64,000 nucleotides of DNA, from positions 3,840-67,839 of the IMG/VR virus record IMGVR_UViG_3300025875_000014; one strand, given 5' to 3'. Under the pieces are notes generated by a model. The model saw only the letters and a list, made by a program, of their open reading frames with translations, was not told the DNA's origin and searched no databases. Below, in pieces: positions 16,912 through 25,602 of this stretch. The number at the start of each line of letters is the position of its first letter. Within the stretch, counting starts at the first letter, position 1. The position numbers and the translations under genes were made by a program. This DNA comes from a virus (Duplodnaviria > Caudoviricetes).

Positions 16912-17195
16912 CCGCTCGCAGGCCAGCGCCTTATCCCGAGTTGGGCGCGATGCCGGGGACTTGGGCCGACGACGCAGCTTGCGCCGGGAGCGCAGTTCCG
17001 GATGCTTGGTTCGCCACCGACAGCAAGAACGCCGAAACCGCCTACGCCAAATCCGTGTGCGCCCTCTGCCCGGTGACTGCGGCTTGTTTGCAGTTCGCGC
17101 TCGAGATCGGACCCAGCCAAGCACAGGGCATCTGGGGAAAGACCACGGAAGAACAGCGCAGCTACATGCGCAAGAAGAGGAGGCCCGCAGCATGA
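16908..17195 (+). CDS. whiB: WhiB-family transcription factor
   Basis: four Cys (CAG...AKSVCALCPV...CL) and GIWG turn. Confidence 0.9.
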   Translation: MTARRPAPYPELGAMPGTWADDAACAGSAVPDAWFATDSKNAETAYAKSVCALCPVTAACLQFALEIGPSQAQGIWGKTTEEQRSYMRKKRRPAA

Positions 17196-17701
17196 ACACC
17201 GAACCTATCGACCCCGCCTCCGTCATGGCCGCGCACCCGCAGCGGATTGTGGCTGGACACGACTGGTGTGATACCTGCGGCGACTTAGGGCTGAATGAGT
17301 TCGGCAAGACAGGATGTTGCGAGCCGTACCGCTTGGCTGAGGCACTGGCCGCCGGGCAGGCCAAGGTGGCGCGCGTTGAGGCGCAGCGTGATGACTGGCG
17401 CATTCGTTCGGAAGATGACTATGTAGGCCGCCCGTTGGTTGACGCGCCTGACGATGTCCGCCGGTACTACCGCAGCGTGTTGGCCGCCGCCGCCGATCGA
17501 CTCGACTCCGCCCTCGCTGACCAGCCCGAGCAAGAGTCGACGCGGTGCAGCGGGACTCTCGGCTCGCGCCCGTCCTGGATGAGTGAGGGCCAGTACGACC
17601 CGTGCCGGTGCAAGCTCCCTGGCGGACACTCTGGCGAGCACGCGTGTGAGCACACCGATCCAGGCCTCGGCCTCGCTGACCAGCCCGAGCGTGACGCATG
17701 A
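17192..17701 (+). CDS. hypothetical protein, IDPA...CEPYRLAEAL...LADQPEQ family
   Basis: motifs shared with 18468; LADQPE occurs twice. Confidence 0.7.
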   Translation: MNTEPIDPASVMAAHPQRIVAGHDWCDTCGDLGLNEFGKTGCCEPYRLAEALAAGQAKVARVEAQRDDWRIRSEDDYVGRPLVDAPDDVRRYYRSVLAAAADRLDSALADQPEQESTRCSGTLGSRPSWMSEGQYDPCRCKLPGGHSGEHACEHTDPGLGLADQPERDA

Positions 17702-18150
17702 CCGTCCTCCAGCTCACCGACGAGCAGATCATGTGGATCCGCAGCGACTACGCGGCCGGTCTGTCGCAGCACAAGATCGCCGTCAAGTACGGCATTGGTG
17801 AACGCGTCGTCCGCCGCCACGTTGAGGACATCCCCAGCCCAAGACAACGGCAGGACGTCGTCCGCAAGTGCCCCGCCTGCCCGATCCTCTTCTACGACCG
17901 CAAACGTGACCGCGTCTACTGCTCCGGCGCCTGTCGACTTCGCCATCAAAAGCAGGAAGCCGCGCACCGCATGGACGAGTTCAAGTGGATCGCCGGCACC
18001 GACACGTGGGCCAACATCGCCGAACGCGTCGGACTGTCCAGCGTCAAGTCTCTCCGCGAGTGGCTGCGTACGTACGGCGAGATCGCGTGGGCCGAGCGGG
18101 TCGTGGACGAGACCAGCGAGCGACCACGGCAGGGACGCTGGGCCGCATGA
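17698..18150 (+). CDS. HTH + Zn-ribbon + HTH putative regulator
   Basis: SQHKIAVKYGIG, CPAC...YCSGAC, WANIAERVG. Confidence 0.65.
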   Translation: MTVLQLTDEQIMWIRSDYAAGLSQHKIAVKYGIGERVVRRHVEDIPSPRQRQDVVRKCPACPILFYDRKRDRVYCSGACRLRHQKQEAAHRMDEFKWIAGTDTWANIAERVGLSSVKSLREWLRTYGEIAWAERVVDETSERPRQGRWAA

Positions 18151-18180
18151 CCGGCAACAGCGGGATGCCCGTGTGCAAGA

Positions 18181-18471
18181 ATGACCGATAGAAGAACGGC
18201 CCCGGCTGGCGCGGCGAACGCCAGGACCCGGGGCCTTGCCCTCAACGAGTACAAGTCGGAGGACTTAGCCACCATGTTAGACGAACCAACGCCTACGAAC
18301 GACCAGTGGGCCCACGAGGTCATCGCACAGTCGCAAAGCTGCCCGCTGTGCTTCGGAGCAGCCGTCGGTCACCACACCCGAAAGAACGGTCGAGTCATGC
18401 TCGCCACCTACGAGTGCGGCATGACGCACCGGTGGAACCTGACGTGGGTCCTCGCGCAGGTGATGGCATGA
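18181..18471 (+). CDS. Zn-ribbon hypothetical protein
   Basis: CPLC...YECGMTHRW; true start may be downstream. Confidence 0.55.
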   Translation: MTDRRTAPAGAANARTRGLALNEYKSEDLATMLDEPTPTNDQWAHEVIAQSQSCPLCFGAAVGHHTRKNGRVMLATYECGMTHRWNLTWVLAQVMA

Positions 18472-18872
18472 GCGACATCGACCCCGCCATCGTCATGGCC
18501 GCGCACGCGAACGAGCAGGACCCGATGTACCGGTGGTGGTACTGCCCTGCCTGCGGGAAGGCTGGTATTCCTGACCGGTGCGAGCCGTACCGCTTGGCTG
18601 AGGCGCTGGCTGCCACGCTCAGGGAGCGCGACGAGTGGGAAACGGCATCCCGTCAACGCGGCGGCCGCTACCTCAGGCGAGCGAAGGACGCTGAGGTAGC
18701 GCTGGCCGCCGAGCAGGCCAAGGTGGCGCGGATGTTGGCTGTGCACGCCCGCTACTTCGACCTCGACGGCCGCCCAGGATTCGACGACTGCGAACCCGAA
18801 CCGGAAGACGTGTGGCGCTACGACCGCGACCTCCGCGCCGCCGTCGCTGACCAGACCGAGCAGGCCACCTGA
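18468..18872 (+). CDS. hypothetical protein, IDPA/CEPYRLAEAL/ADQ family
   Basis: paralogue of 17192. Confidence 0.7.
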   Translation: MSDIDPAIVMAAHANEQDPMYRWWYCPACGKAGIPDRCEPYRLAEALAATLRERDEWETASRQRGGRYLRRAKDAEVALAAEQAKVARMLAVHARYFDLDGRPGFDDCEPEPEDVWRYDRDLRAAVADQTEQAT

Positions 18873-19717
18873 TGGCCCGCAAGCGCCCCGCGCCGTACGT
18901 TCCGCTGTCGGTCTACTACGCCGACGACGAGGCCATCATGGAAGCCGGCGAGGACGCCGAGCTGATGTACGTCCGCATGCTCGCCTATGCCGGACGGACC
19001 CCAACGACCGAGGGCTACGTCCCCAAGCGTGTGTGCCTGACCCGTCTCGGTATCGCCGTTCGTCCGGAACTGGGTCCGGAAACGAGTCCGGAAAGCCGAC
19101 TGGAACGGTTAACGGACTCCGGCCTGATTGCGATCGAGGGTGACGGATACCGCCTGGTGTCGTGGCTGAAGTGGAACCGTAGCGTCGAGGAGATGAACCG
19201 CGAGCAGAAGCAGGACCGCGAGCGTAAGGTGCCTCTGACTAGGCGTGCTCCGGAATCGGGTCCGGAAGACGTACCGGAAACGAGTCCGGAAACGGCACCG
19301 GAGTCGGGGCCGTTTCCAAGCGGCAGTACAGAAGCAGAAGAGAAGAGAATTAAAGACATGTCCGCTCGTCGCGGACGGTTCGATGAGTTTTGGTCGATCT
19401 ACCCAAAACGCGGCAAGCACTCCAACCCCAAGGAAGCTGCTCGGCAGAAGTGGAATGATCTCGTCAAGACGGTCGATCCCGAAGCGATCATCACTTCTGC
19501 TCGCGTGCTGGCAAAGACGCGTGAGGGCGAGGACCCCCAGCACACGCCTCAGGCGATCACGTGGCTACGGCAGAAGCGCTGGCAGGATGATGCGCCGATT
19601 GAGGTCGAGGCAGGCCGCCATCTTGTCGCGGTGCAGACCGGTCCGTCGCGCGATGCGCAGCTCCGGTACGAGGACGCGCAGCAGCAGGCGCCCGATGCAG
19701 GAGCACTGCCATGGTGA
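18872..19717 (+). CDS. replication initiator (lambda O/DnaD-like position)
   Basis: upstream of DnaB; internal iteron-like repeats; FDEFWSIYPKR...A...WL C-terminal domain. Confidence 0.8.
   Translation: MARKRPAPYVPLSVYYADDEAIMEAGEDAELMYVRMLAYAGRTPTTEGYVPKRVCLTRLGIAVRPELGPETSPESRLERLTDSGLIAIEGDGYRLVSWLKWNRSVEEMNREQKQDRERKVPLTRRAPESGPEDVPETSPETAPESGPFPSGSTEAEEKRIKDMSARRGRFDEFWSIYPKRGKHSNPKEAARQKWNDLVKTVDPEAIITSARVLAKTREGEDPQHTPQAITWLRQKRWQDDAPIEVEAGRHLVAVQTGPSRDAQLRYEDAQQQAPDAGALPW
19062..19303. repeat. 12-bp-period (T/A)CCGGA(A/G) iterons, putative origin
   Basis: 3 copies at 19063, 19075, 19087 and 5 copies at 19249, 19261, 19273, 19285, 19297. Confidence 0.7.
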
Positions 19718-20994
19718 GCGCCGACGAGTACGAACGCTCCCTGCTCGGTGCCGTCCTTCGCGGTTACCCAGATGTACCCGCACTGAGCCGCATCGTCTCG
19801 GGTGCCGACTTCGGCAGGTCGGGACACGGGGCGATCTGGGATGCATGCCTGACTGTCCACGCCACGGGCGACAAGGTCGAGCCCATGGCCGTCATGGAGG
19901 TTATGGGCAAGACCGCCCACCGCCTTCCGGGCGGCGCGGCCTACCTGACCGAGTTGGACGCAGACGTCATCGTCAAGGCACCGCACTACGCCAGCAAGGT
20001 CCGCGAGTTAGCGATCCGCCGGCAGGTGCAGGGCCTGGGCATTCGCTGCCAGCAAATGCTGGAGGATCCTGACCTGGCCGTTGACGATCTTTTGTCACGG
20101 ATCCGCAAGTGGGCCGACGAGATCCAGGCAGAGCAGCGCACGGGAGCCACGACGGTCGACGCCGCGCTCGAGCAGGTGCTGCGCATCGCTGAGGATGGCG
20201 CTGCGATCGGCGCTTCCTCGCCGTGGCTGGACTTGACTGAGGCGCTGGGCGGTGGCTGGTTTGCTGGCTTGTACGTCGTCGCGGCTCGACCGGGGGTGGG
20301 TAAGACGCTGATGCTTGAAAACATCAGCACTGACATGGCTCGGCGTCACCACAAGTTCGTCGCCTTCGCCTCGCTTGAGATGACCGCCGAAGAGATCACG
20401 CAACGGACCCTCGCGTACACGGCGAAGGTTGAGCTGTCGAAGATCCGCGCTGGTGGGTCGAAGTTGTCACCGCAGAACTGGGAGGCGATCCAGGAAGCCT
20501 CGGGCCGAATGGTGGGGACGCGGGTCAGGTATGATGACCGCCCTTCGCAGACCATCGATCACATCCGGGCTTTCGCTTGGGAAACGCGGCAGGAAGCTCT
20601 GCGTGCGGGTTCCGAACTGGGCATGGTCTGCGTCGACTACCTGCAGTTCATGGAGGCGCGCGATCGCCGACTGTCTCGTCAGCAGCAGGTCGGCGACATG
20701 TCGCGTGGCCTGAAGCGGCTGTCAAAGGAACTCGGCGTACCGGTTGTTGCTGGTGCTCAGCTCAACCGTGGTGGCTCCCAGCGTGCCGACGGGACACCGC
20801 TGTTGACTGACCTGCGCGAGGCCGGAGACATCGAGCAGGACGCGGATGTGGTGATGCTCATGCACGAAGAGGTCGATGCAGAGAAGACGCCGACGGGGAC
20901 GATCGACGTTCACTTGGCGAAGAACCGGCACGGCGCTCAGAAGCACGTTAAGTTTCAGCGCTGGGGCCACTACTCACGAATGGAAGCAGCATGA
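19711..20994 (+). CDS. dnaB: DnaB-like replicative helicase
   Basis: Walker A AARPGVGKT, SLEM, VDYLQ, QLNR, DLREAGDIEQDADVV, AKNRHG. Confidence 0.95.
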   Translation: MVSADEYERSLLGAVLRGYPDVPALSRIVSGADFGRSGHGAIWDACLTVHATGDKVEPMAVMEVMGKTAHRLPGGAAYLTELDADVIVKAPHYASKVRELAIRRQVQGLGIRCQQMLEDPDLAVDDLLSRIRKWADEIQAEQRTGATTVDAALEQVLRIAEDGAAIGASSPWLDLTEALGGGWFAGLYVVAARPGVGKTLMLENISTDMARRHHKFVAFASLEMTAEEITQRTLAYTAKVELSKIRAGGSKLSPQNWEAIQEASGRMVGTRVRYDDRPSQTIDHIRAFAWETRQEALRAGSELGMVCVDYLQFMEARDRRLSRQQQVGDMSRGLKRLSKELGVPVVAGAQLNRGGSQRADGTPLLTDLREAGDIEQDADVVMLMHEEVDAEKTPTGTIDVHLAKNRHGAQKHVKFQRWGHYSRMEAA

Positions 20995-21185
20995 GCGACG
21001 TCGTTCACGTTCGCCGCACGATCGTCGTCGAGTACGACGTGGGCCGCGACGAGTACGGGAGTCTGACCGATGACGAGATCGTGGCGTACGAAACGCTCGG
21101 CCACAACGAGGATGGCGGTTGGCGGATCATCGATTACGACGACGGCAACGTGAAGTTGAGCAGCGCCGAGGTGATGTTCCGGTGA
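20991..21185 (+). CDS. hypothetical protein
   Basis: coupled ORF. Confidence 0.55.
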   Translation: MSDVVHVRRTIVVEYDVGRDEYGSLTDDEIVAYETLGHNEDGGWRIIDYDDGNVKLSSAEVMFR

Positions 21186-21382
21186 GCGTCGCGTGGGACG
21201 GTAAAACGCTGAACGATTGGGAGAACTCACAGCTCTCGTATGGGTCTTTGATGGCTATTCGGAATCGCCGCAAGACCGACAAATTGCATGGTTACACGAT
21301 CGAAGTAGAAGGCAGTCCCTACAACGTAGGTTGCGGATTGCCTTGGGCTTGGCACGATTGGGAGGGTCGGTGTCCGAAATGA
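21182..21382 (+). CDS. hypothetical protein
   Basis: GTGA-coupled. Confidence 0.5.
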   Translation: MSVAWDGKTLNDWENSQLSYGSLMAIRNRRKTDKLHGYTIEVEGSPYNVGCGLPWAWHDWEGRCPK

Positions 21383-21594
21383 GCGCGACTGAATTCTGGC
21401 GGAACTACTGCCCTCACTTCATGCCGGGACGCAAGCGCATCGCCTCGAATCGGCTGGCTGCGGCAATCGAGGCACGTGGACGCAGTTACCGAATCTGGTT
21501 CGTCTGGGGGCACTTGATGGTTGTTACCGAGTCTCGCGAGAAAGCCGAGCCCGAGCATGTGGCCTACGTGCGTCACGATCTGGGCGTCCGGTGA
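21379..21594 (+). CDS. hypothetical protein
   Basis: ATGA-coupled. Confidence 0.5.
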   Translation: MSATEFWRNYCPHFMPGRKRIASNRLAAAIEARGRSYRIWFVWGHLMVVTESREKAEPEHVAYVRHDLGVR

Positions 21595-21758
21595 CTCGAG
21601 CGCGTCAGGTGGCTGTCCACACGCCCCGCTTTCAGAATGGGATGGGCGGGAAGTTCATCGTCTGCTCGTGTGACGATTTTCGGACGGGTGTCGCGGATCA
21701 CGCGTACATCCGCGAGCAGTTCGCCGACCACCTGCGGCTCGTAGGTGGGGCGAAGTGA
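21591..21758 (+). CDS. hypothetical protein
   Basis: GTGA-coupled; not in ORF track. Confidence 0.45.
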   Translation: MTRARQVAVHTPRFQNGMGGKFIVCSCDDFRTGVADHAYIREQFADHLRLVGGAK

Positions 21759-21925
21759 CCGTCAGTCTCGGATACGTTTTCGGCTACACGCTCATCCAGT
21801 TGGTCGCAATGGTCATCGTCATGATTCCGGCGTACTACCTCGGCCGTCAGTCTGCCCAGCTCGAGGCAGAGAAGAAGCGCGACGAAGAGTGGGATCGAAA
21901 GCACGACCGAGAGGCGGCGAAGTGA
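21755..21925 (+). CDS. small membrane protein
   Basis: TM followed by charged tail; not in ORF track. Confidence 0.55.
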   Translation: MTVSLGYVFGYTLIQLVAMVIVMIPAYYLGRQSAQLEAEKKRDEEWDRKHDREAAK

Positions 21926-22110
21926 TGACGTGCGTGGAATGCGGGGTCGTGCTGCCCGAGTTGTACGCCGACGTCTTGGCGCACCTGCGGGACGAGCACG
22001 GGCTGGAGCCTGAGCGATGGCCTGATGGCGGGCTGATGACTTACCAGGAGCTTGAGCCTGCGGACTTCCTGCCGCGCGACCCCTACGAGCGATCGGTGGA
22101 CATGTCATGA
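21925..22110 (+). CDS. C2H2-like Zn-finger protein
   Basis: CVEC-x12-HLRDEH. Confidence 0.6.
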   Translation: MTCVECGVVLPELYADVLAHLRDEHGLEPERWPDGGLMTYQELEPADFLPRDPYERSVDMS

Positions 22111-22457
22111 GTGAAGCGTCCGATCGAATTAGTCAGATCAAGGCACGGCTAGAGGCATCGAGAAACTGGCAAGGCATCATCTTCACCAATAAAAACCTGA
22201 TTGAGCACGGGCCCCACGATCTTCTGTGGCTAATCACCGAACTTGAGCGGGCACGGGCTGCGAGCGAGGGCGTGGACATGCTGATCGCTGCGGCTGATCG
22301 GCGAGGGGCGGTCAAGGCGCTGCGCGAGGCTGCGCGAGAGTCACCGCAAGCTAAAGGTGCTCTCACGAAACGCGCCGACGAGATTGAGTATCCCGAAACG
22401 TTTGGGTACCACGTTGAGGGCGGACGTGCCTTCGACGGACAAGGGCGTCCCCTGTGA
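22107..22457 (+). CDS. paralogue with DRIxQIKARL...GAVKALRE motifs
   Basis: related to 5590 and 7644. Confidence 0.65.
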   Translation: MSEASDRISQIKARLEASRNWQGIIFTNKNLIEHGPHDLLWLITELERARAASEGVDMLIAAADRRGAVKALREAARESPQAKGALTKRADEIEYPETFGYHVEGGRAFDGQGRPL

Positions 22458-22696
22458 CCGACCAGCATTTCGACTCGCAGATGCAGCGGACAGACCTTTA
22501 CGCCGACACGTGTGTTACATCTGAGGCTATTGGCGTCCGAACTAAGACCGAAAGCCGCGACGTTGCTGCGGTCGCCCACCGCCAGTGGATGAGCCGAGAG
22601 CAGTTGGCGGCGATGGTTCAGGTTGGTCAGGCTCTGTTGAGCCGGTGGACGTTAGAGGACCGCGTCGACGCCATCGAGAGTGGAGCCGATCTGTGA
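22454..22696 (+). CDS. hypothetical protein ending DAIESGADL
   Basis: family C-terminal motif. Confidence 0.6.
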   Translation: MTDQHFDSQMQRTDLYADTCVTSEAIGVRTKTESRDVAAVAHRQWMSREQLAAMVQVGQALLSRWTLEDRVDAIESGADL

Positions 22697-22971
22697 TCCA
22701 GCAGCCGTGCCAGCACTGTGGCCAGCCGTCCGAAACGCCGACATGCCTCACCTGCGCCTCCACGATGCAGCGCCTCGGTACCGGCGACGCCGACCGCAGA
22801 CTGGCCCAGCGGATGCTTGAAAAAACTTACTTGAAGACTCGGCGTCTGGTCGATCCCTGCGTGAAAGGCCATGACATAGCCGTTGTCGGACGAAGTTCTG
22901 CACGACGATGCCGCGAGTGCTCGCGGATATACGCCAAGACCCGCTACTGGAGTTTGAAGGCGAGCGCCTGA
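22693..22971 (+). CDS. Cys-rich hypothetical protein (two Zn-binding motifs)
   Basis: CQHC...CLTC; CVKGH...CREC. Confidence 0.6.
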   Translation: MIQQPCQHCGQPSETPTCLTCASTMQRLGTGDADRRLAQRMLEKTYLKTRRLVDPCVKGHDIAVVGRSSARRCRECSRIYAKTRYWSLKASA

Positions 22972-23675
22972 TGAGTACGCCGACCTGCTCGGCTTGTGCA
23001 GATCGCAAAGTTCAGCATGACCAGGACACGATTTGCCTTTCCTGCTTGCGGAAGACCCGCACTCGACTTCAGCGGCTGCCCGGTCTGATCGCCGACTTGG
23101 AAACCAGCCTTGCGGGTATGGCGGTGCTGGCTGAGAAGAACGACGGAGGCAAGAGCGCGGAGACAGCGCTCGCCTACACCGAGGCCGCTGGCGATGCACT
23201 GCGTGACATCCGCCAGATGTTGATCGGTTGGTGCCGCTTGCTGCATGAGGAGAAGCGCGTTCCGCTCCCCGCCGACCGCCTGACCAGCATGGCGGCACAC
23301 CTAGCCGCCAACGCTGAAAAGCTCGTGGCGCATCCTGCCGCTGCTGAATGGGTGGGAGAGGTAGAGCAGACCGTCCGCGACGCGACGACCGTCATTGACC
23401 TGCCGCTCAACCGCCTGCGCGTCAAGGTCGGCCCGTGTCCCGAGAATCAGGAAAACGAGGAAGGCGACTACCTCGGACCGTGCCCCGGCAAGGTGACGGC
23501 AACCATCCCGACCGACGAGCACATCCGCCCAACCATGATGTGCGGCTACTGCGAAACGGTCTGGATGCCCGAACAGTGGAACGCGACCGGGCACAAGATC
23601 CTTCAGCGTCAGGGTCAGGCCAGGCCGATGGATCTCGCGGCTGCTGAGCGGCTCCTGAAACGTCTTGCGTCTTGA
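22971..23675 (+). CDS. conserved actinophage protein at the end of the early operon (possible late regulator)
   Basis: CSAC...CLSC; GPCP...CPG...CGYC...W; last gene before the late promoter. Confidence 0.6.
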   Translation: MSTPTCSACADRKVQHDQDTICLSCLRKTRTRLQRLPGLIADLETSLAGMAVLAEKNDGGKSAETALAYTEAAGDALRDIRQMLIGWCRLLHEEKRVPLPADRLTSMAAHLAANAEKLVAHPAAAEWVGEVEQTVRDATTVIDLPLNRLRVKVGPCPENQENEEGDYLGPCPGKVTATIPTDEHIRPTMMCGYCETVWMPEQWNATGHKILQRQGQARPMDLAAAERLLKRLAS

Positions 23676-23685
23676 TGCCGCCGAC

Positions 23686-23706
23686 TTGACAAACATCTGT
23701 TAGGCT
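23686..23706 (+). promoter_or_regulatory. putative late promoter (extended -10)
   Basis: TG-T-TAGGCT at 23698-23706; the nearby TTGACA is too close (9 nt) to be its -35. Confidence 0.45.
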
Positions 23707-23902
23707 GAGCGCGTCGCGCGAGGAGTGTCCCTGGTGTGGCCCCGAAAGCGCCGTTGAGTCCCCCGCTCCGGCGCTTTCGCCTTGTCTCCGGCCACTGAGC
23801 CCGACTACCTGCCTCGGCGGGAACGGTCGGTGAGTGTCCACCTTCCCAGGAATCCGCCTGACACGCGGTGGCCGGATCTTACTTTGACGCTGGGAGGACC
23901 GC
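23707..23902 (+). ncRNA. structured 5' leader or candidate ncRNA
   Basis: 11-bp perfect stem 23743-23753/23769-23779 inside GTGGCC/GGCCAC, plus further stems. Confidence 0.4.
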
Positions 23903-24538
23903 ATGGCGTTCGGTCCTACTCCCCAGCTTGACCGCAAGGTCGTCGCATGGGCTGGCGTGAACACGGACGGCAGTCCCTGCGAGGGGCAGATCATCCTCCA
24001 ATATGCGGGTCCGGTAATGCTGGACGACAGCGAGCCGACTCCGATCAGTGTCTATCCCACACGTCTGGTCATGCCGCTGATTCAGCGGACGCTGATCCTC
24101 GACCAGGGTGACGGTACGACGGTCACGCAGGTTGTCGGTTATGCGGAAGCTCAGGTGCCGGCGTCAAACGATCCTGACTTGTCGGGTTCGGGTGGCGCGT
24201 ACACGGTTACCGAGAATCTGTCTTCGCGGAACGGCTTGACGCGCACGGTCGTGATCGACAAGGACGCGCAGGGTGTCATCTGGTTGAACCGTTTGACGTC
24301 TGCGGATGTGCTTGCTGGTGAGGCTCCGTCGTACGTGTCGGTGGCGACTGTCAATGCGATTCGGCGTGACGTGACTCTGCTGTCTGCCGAGATGACGCTG
24401 CTCTCGGGGACGGTCGATGCGATTGCTGGGGGCAGTTACGTCACCGACGAGGAACTAGACGCGCGACTCGAGCAGATGTACGCCGACTTGGACGATGGTC
24501 CCGACCTCACGCTCCTGTACGAGAACGCTAAGGCTTAG
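23903..24538 (+). CDS. virion appendage protein (paralogue of the N-terminus of 26790)
   Basis: GPTP...WAGVNxDGxPCxG shared with 26790. Confidence 0.6.
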   Translation: MAFGPTPQLDRKVVAWAGVNTDGSPCEGQIILQYAGPVMLDDSEPTPISVYPTRLVMPLIQRTLILDQGDGTTVTQVVGYAEAQVPASNDPDLSGSGGAYTVTENLSSRNGLTRTVVIDKDAQGVIWLNRLTSADVLAGEAPSYVSVATVNAIRRDVTLLSAEMTLLSGTVDAIAGGSYVTDEELDARLEQMYADLDDGPDLTLLYENAKA

Positions 24539-24546
24539 GAGACGCG

Positions 24547-25062
24547 ATGTCGCTACAGGTGCGGCTCAACAACTTCATCACCTCGGTCGGTACTGACTAC
24601 AAAGTCATTGTCGGCCGCATCGGTGATCTGTCGGGGTTGACGACCACAGCCAAGGGCTCCCTCGTCAGCGCAATCAACGAGGTCAAGGCTGGTCTCGCAA
24701 CCGCTGGTACGACCGAAGTCAACGACAGCGCCGCGACGAGCAGCACGACTCAGACGTACAGCGCGAACAAGCTGACGACGCTCATCTCGGCTAGTGCAGC
24801 GCAGGTCAAGTCGGACCTTGTCAACGGCGCAGGTGCGGCCCTTGACACCCTCAGCGAACTCGCCAACGCGCTCGGTAACGATGCCAACTTCGCTACGACG
24901 ATCACCAACGCGCTCGGTCTTCGGCTGCGCGTTGATGCGGCTCAGTCGTTCAACGGCACCCAGCAGCAGCAGGGGCAGGACAACCTGAACGTCTACTCGC
25001 GCACTCAGCTTGGTGACCCCGAGACTGATCTGGTCGCGCTGTACACGACCGCGAAGCAGTAG
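24547..25062 (+). CDS. fibre/head-appendage protein
   Basis: LTTTAKGSLVSAINE and ALDTLSELANALGNDANFATTITNAL fibre motifs. Confidence 0.65.
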   Translation: MSLQVRLNNFITSVGTDYKVIVGRIGDLSGLTTTAKGSLVSAINEVKAGLATAGTTEVNDSAATSSTTQTYSANKLTTLISASAAQVKSDLVNGAGAALDTLSELANALGNDANFATTITNALGLRLRVDAAQSFNGTQQQQGQDNLNVYSRTQLGDPETDLVALYTTAKQ

Positions 25063-25065
25063 CCA

Positions 25066-25602
25066 GTGAGCGGCCAGTCGCGCCTCGCCGCTCTCGTGTC
25101 CGCCGTTGGCGCGGACGTGAAGGTCATTCTTACGCGCGTACTTCCTCCGGGCGGAACCGCAGGCCAAGCCCTCGTCAAGTCGAGCGGTACGGACTATGCG
25201 GTGCAGTGGTCGACGGTCTCCAGTGGCGGTCAGAACACCACCTACTACCAGTCGCTGAACCCGGCGCAGGCCTTCGTCTGGTCGTCTGGTAACACGTTCA
25301 CGCTGTCGAGCCAGGCTTCATTGGTGGTCTCAGTTGACTTCAACGGCCAGGCTCTTCAGCCGTCTGAGTACGCGCTGACGAACAGCACGACGGTCACCGT
25401 GACGCTCGAGTCCACGTCGTTCGTGGCTGGCGACAAGGTCGTCATCACGACGGTGCAGGTCGGCTCTTTTACGGGGACCAGCTCGCAGGATCTTGAGATC
25501 ACCGAGCCGACCAAAGGCGTCATTCTCCGGAGTCCTAACGGGACTCGGTATCGGCTGACCGTCACCAATGGTGGCGGCATCTCTACTGCGGTGGTGTCCT
25601 GA
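25066..25602 (+). CDS. fibre/appendage protein
   Basis: LPPGGTAGQALVKSSGTDY and GVILRSPNGTRYRLTVTNGG motifs. Confidence 0.65.
   Translation: MSGQSRLAALVSAVGADVKVILTRVLPPGGTAGQALVKSSGTDYAVQWSTVSSGGQNTTYYQSLNPAQAFVWSSGNTFTLSSQASLVVSVDFNGQALQPSEYALTNSTTVTVTLESTSFVAGDKVVITTVQVGSFTGTSSQDLEITEPTKGVILRSPNGTRYRLTVTNGGGISTAVVS

Noticed and set aside
16908-18900. Similar N-termini of WhiB (ARRPAPY) and the initiator (ARKRPAPY)
   Set aside because: Too short to distinguish from chance.
23686-23691. TTGACA as the -35 of the late promoter
   Set aside because: Only 9 nt from TAGGCT, incompatible with sigma70 spacing.
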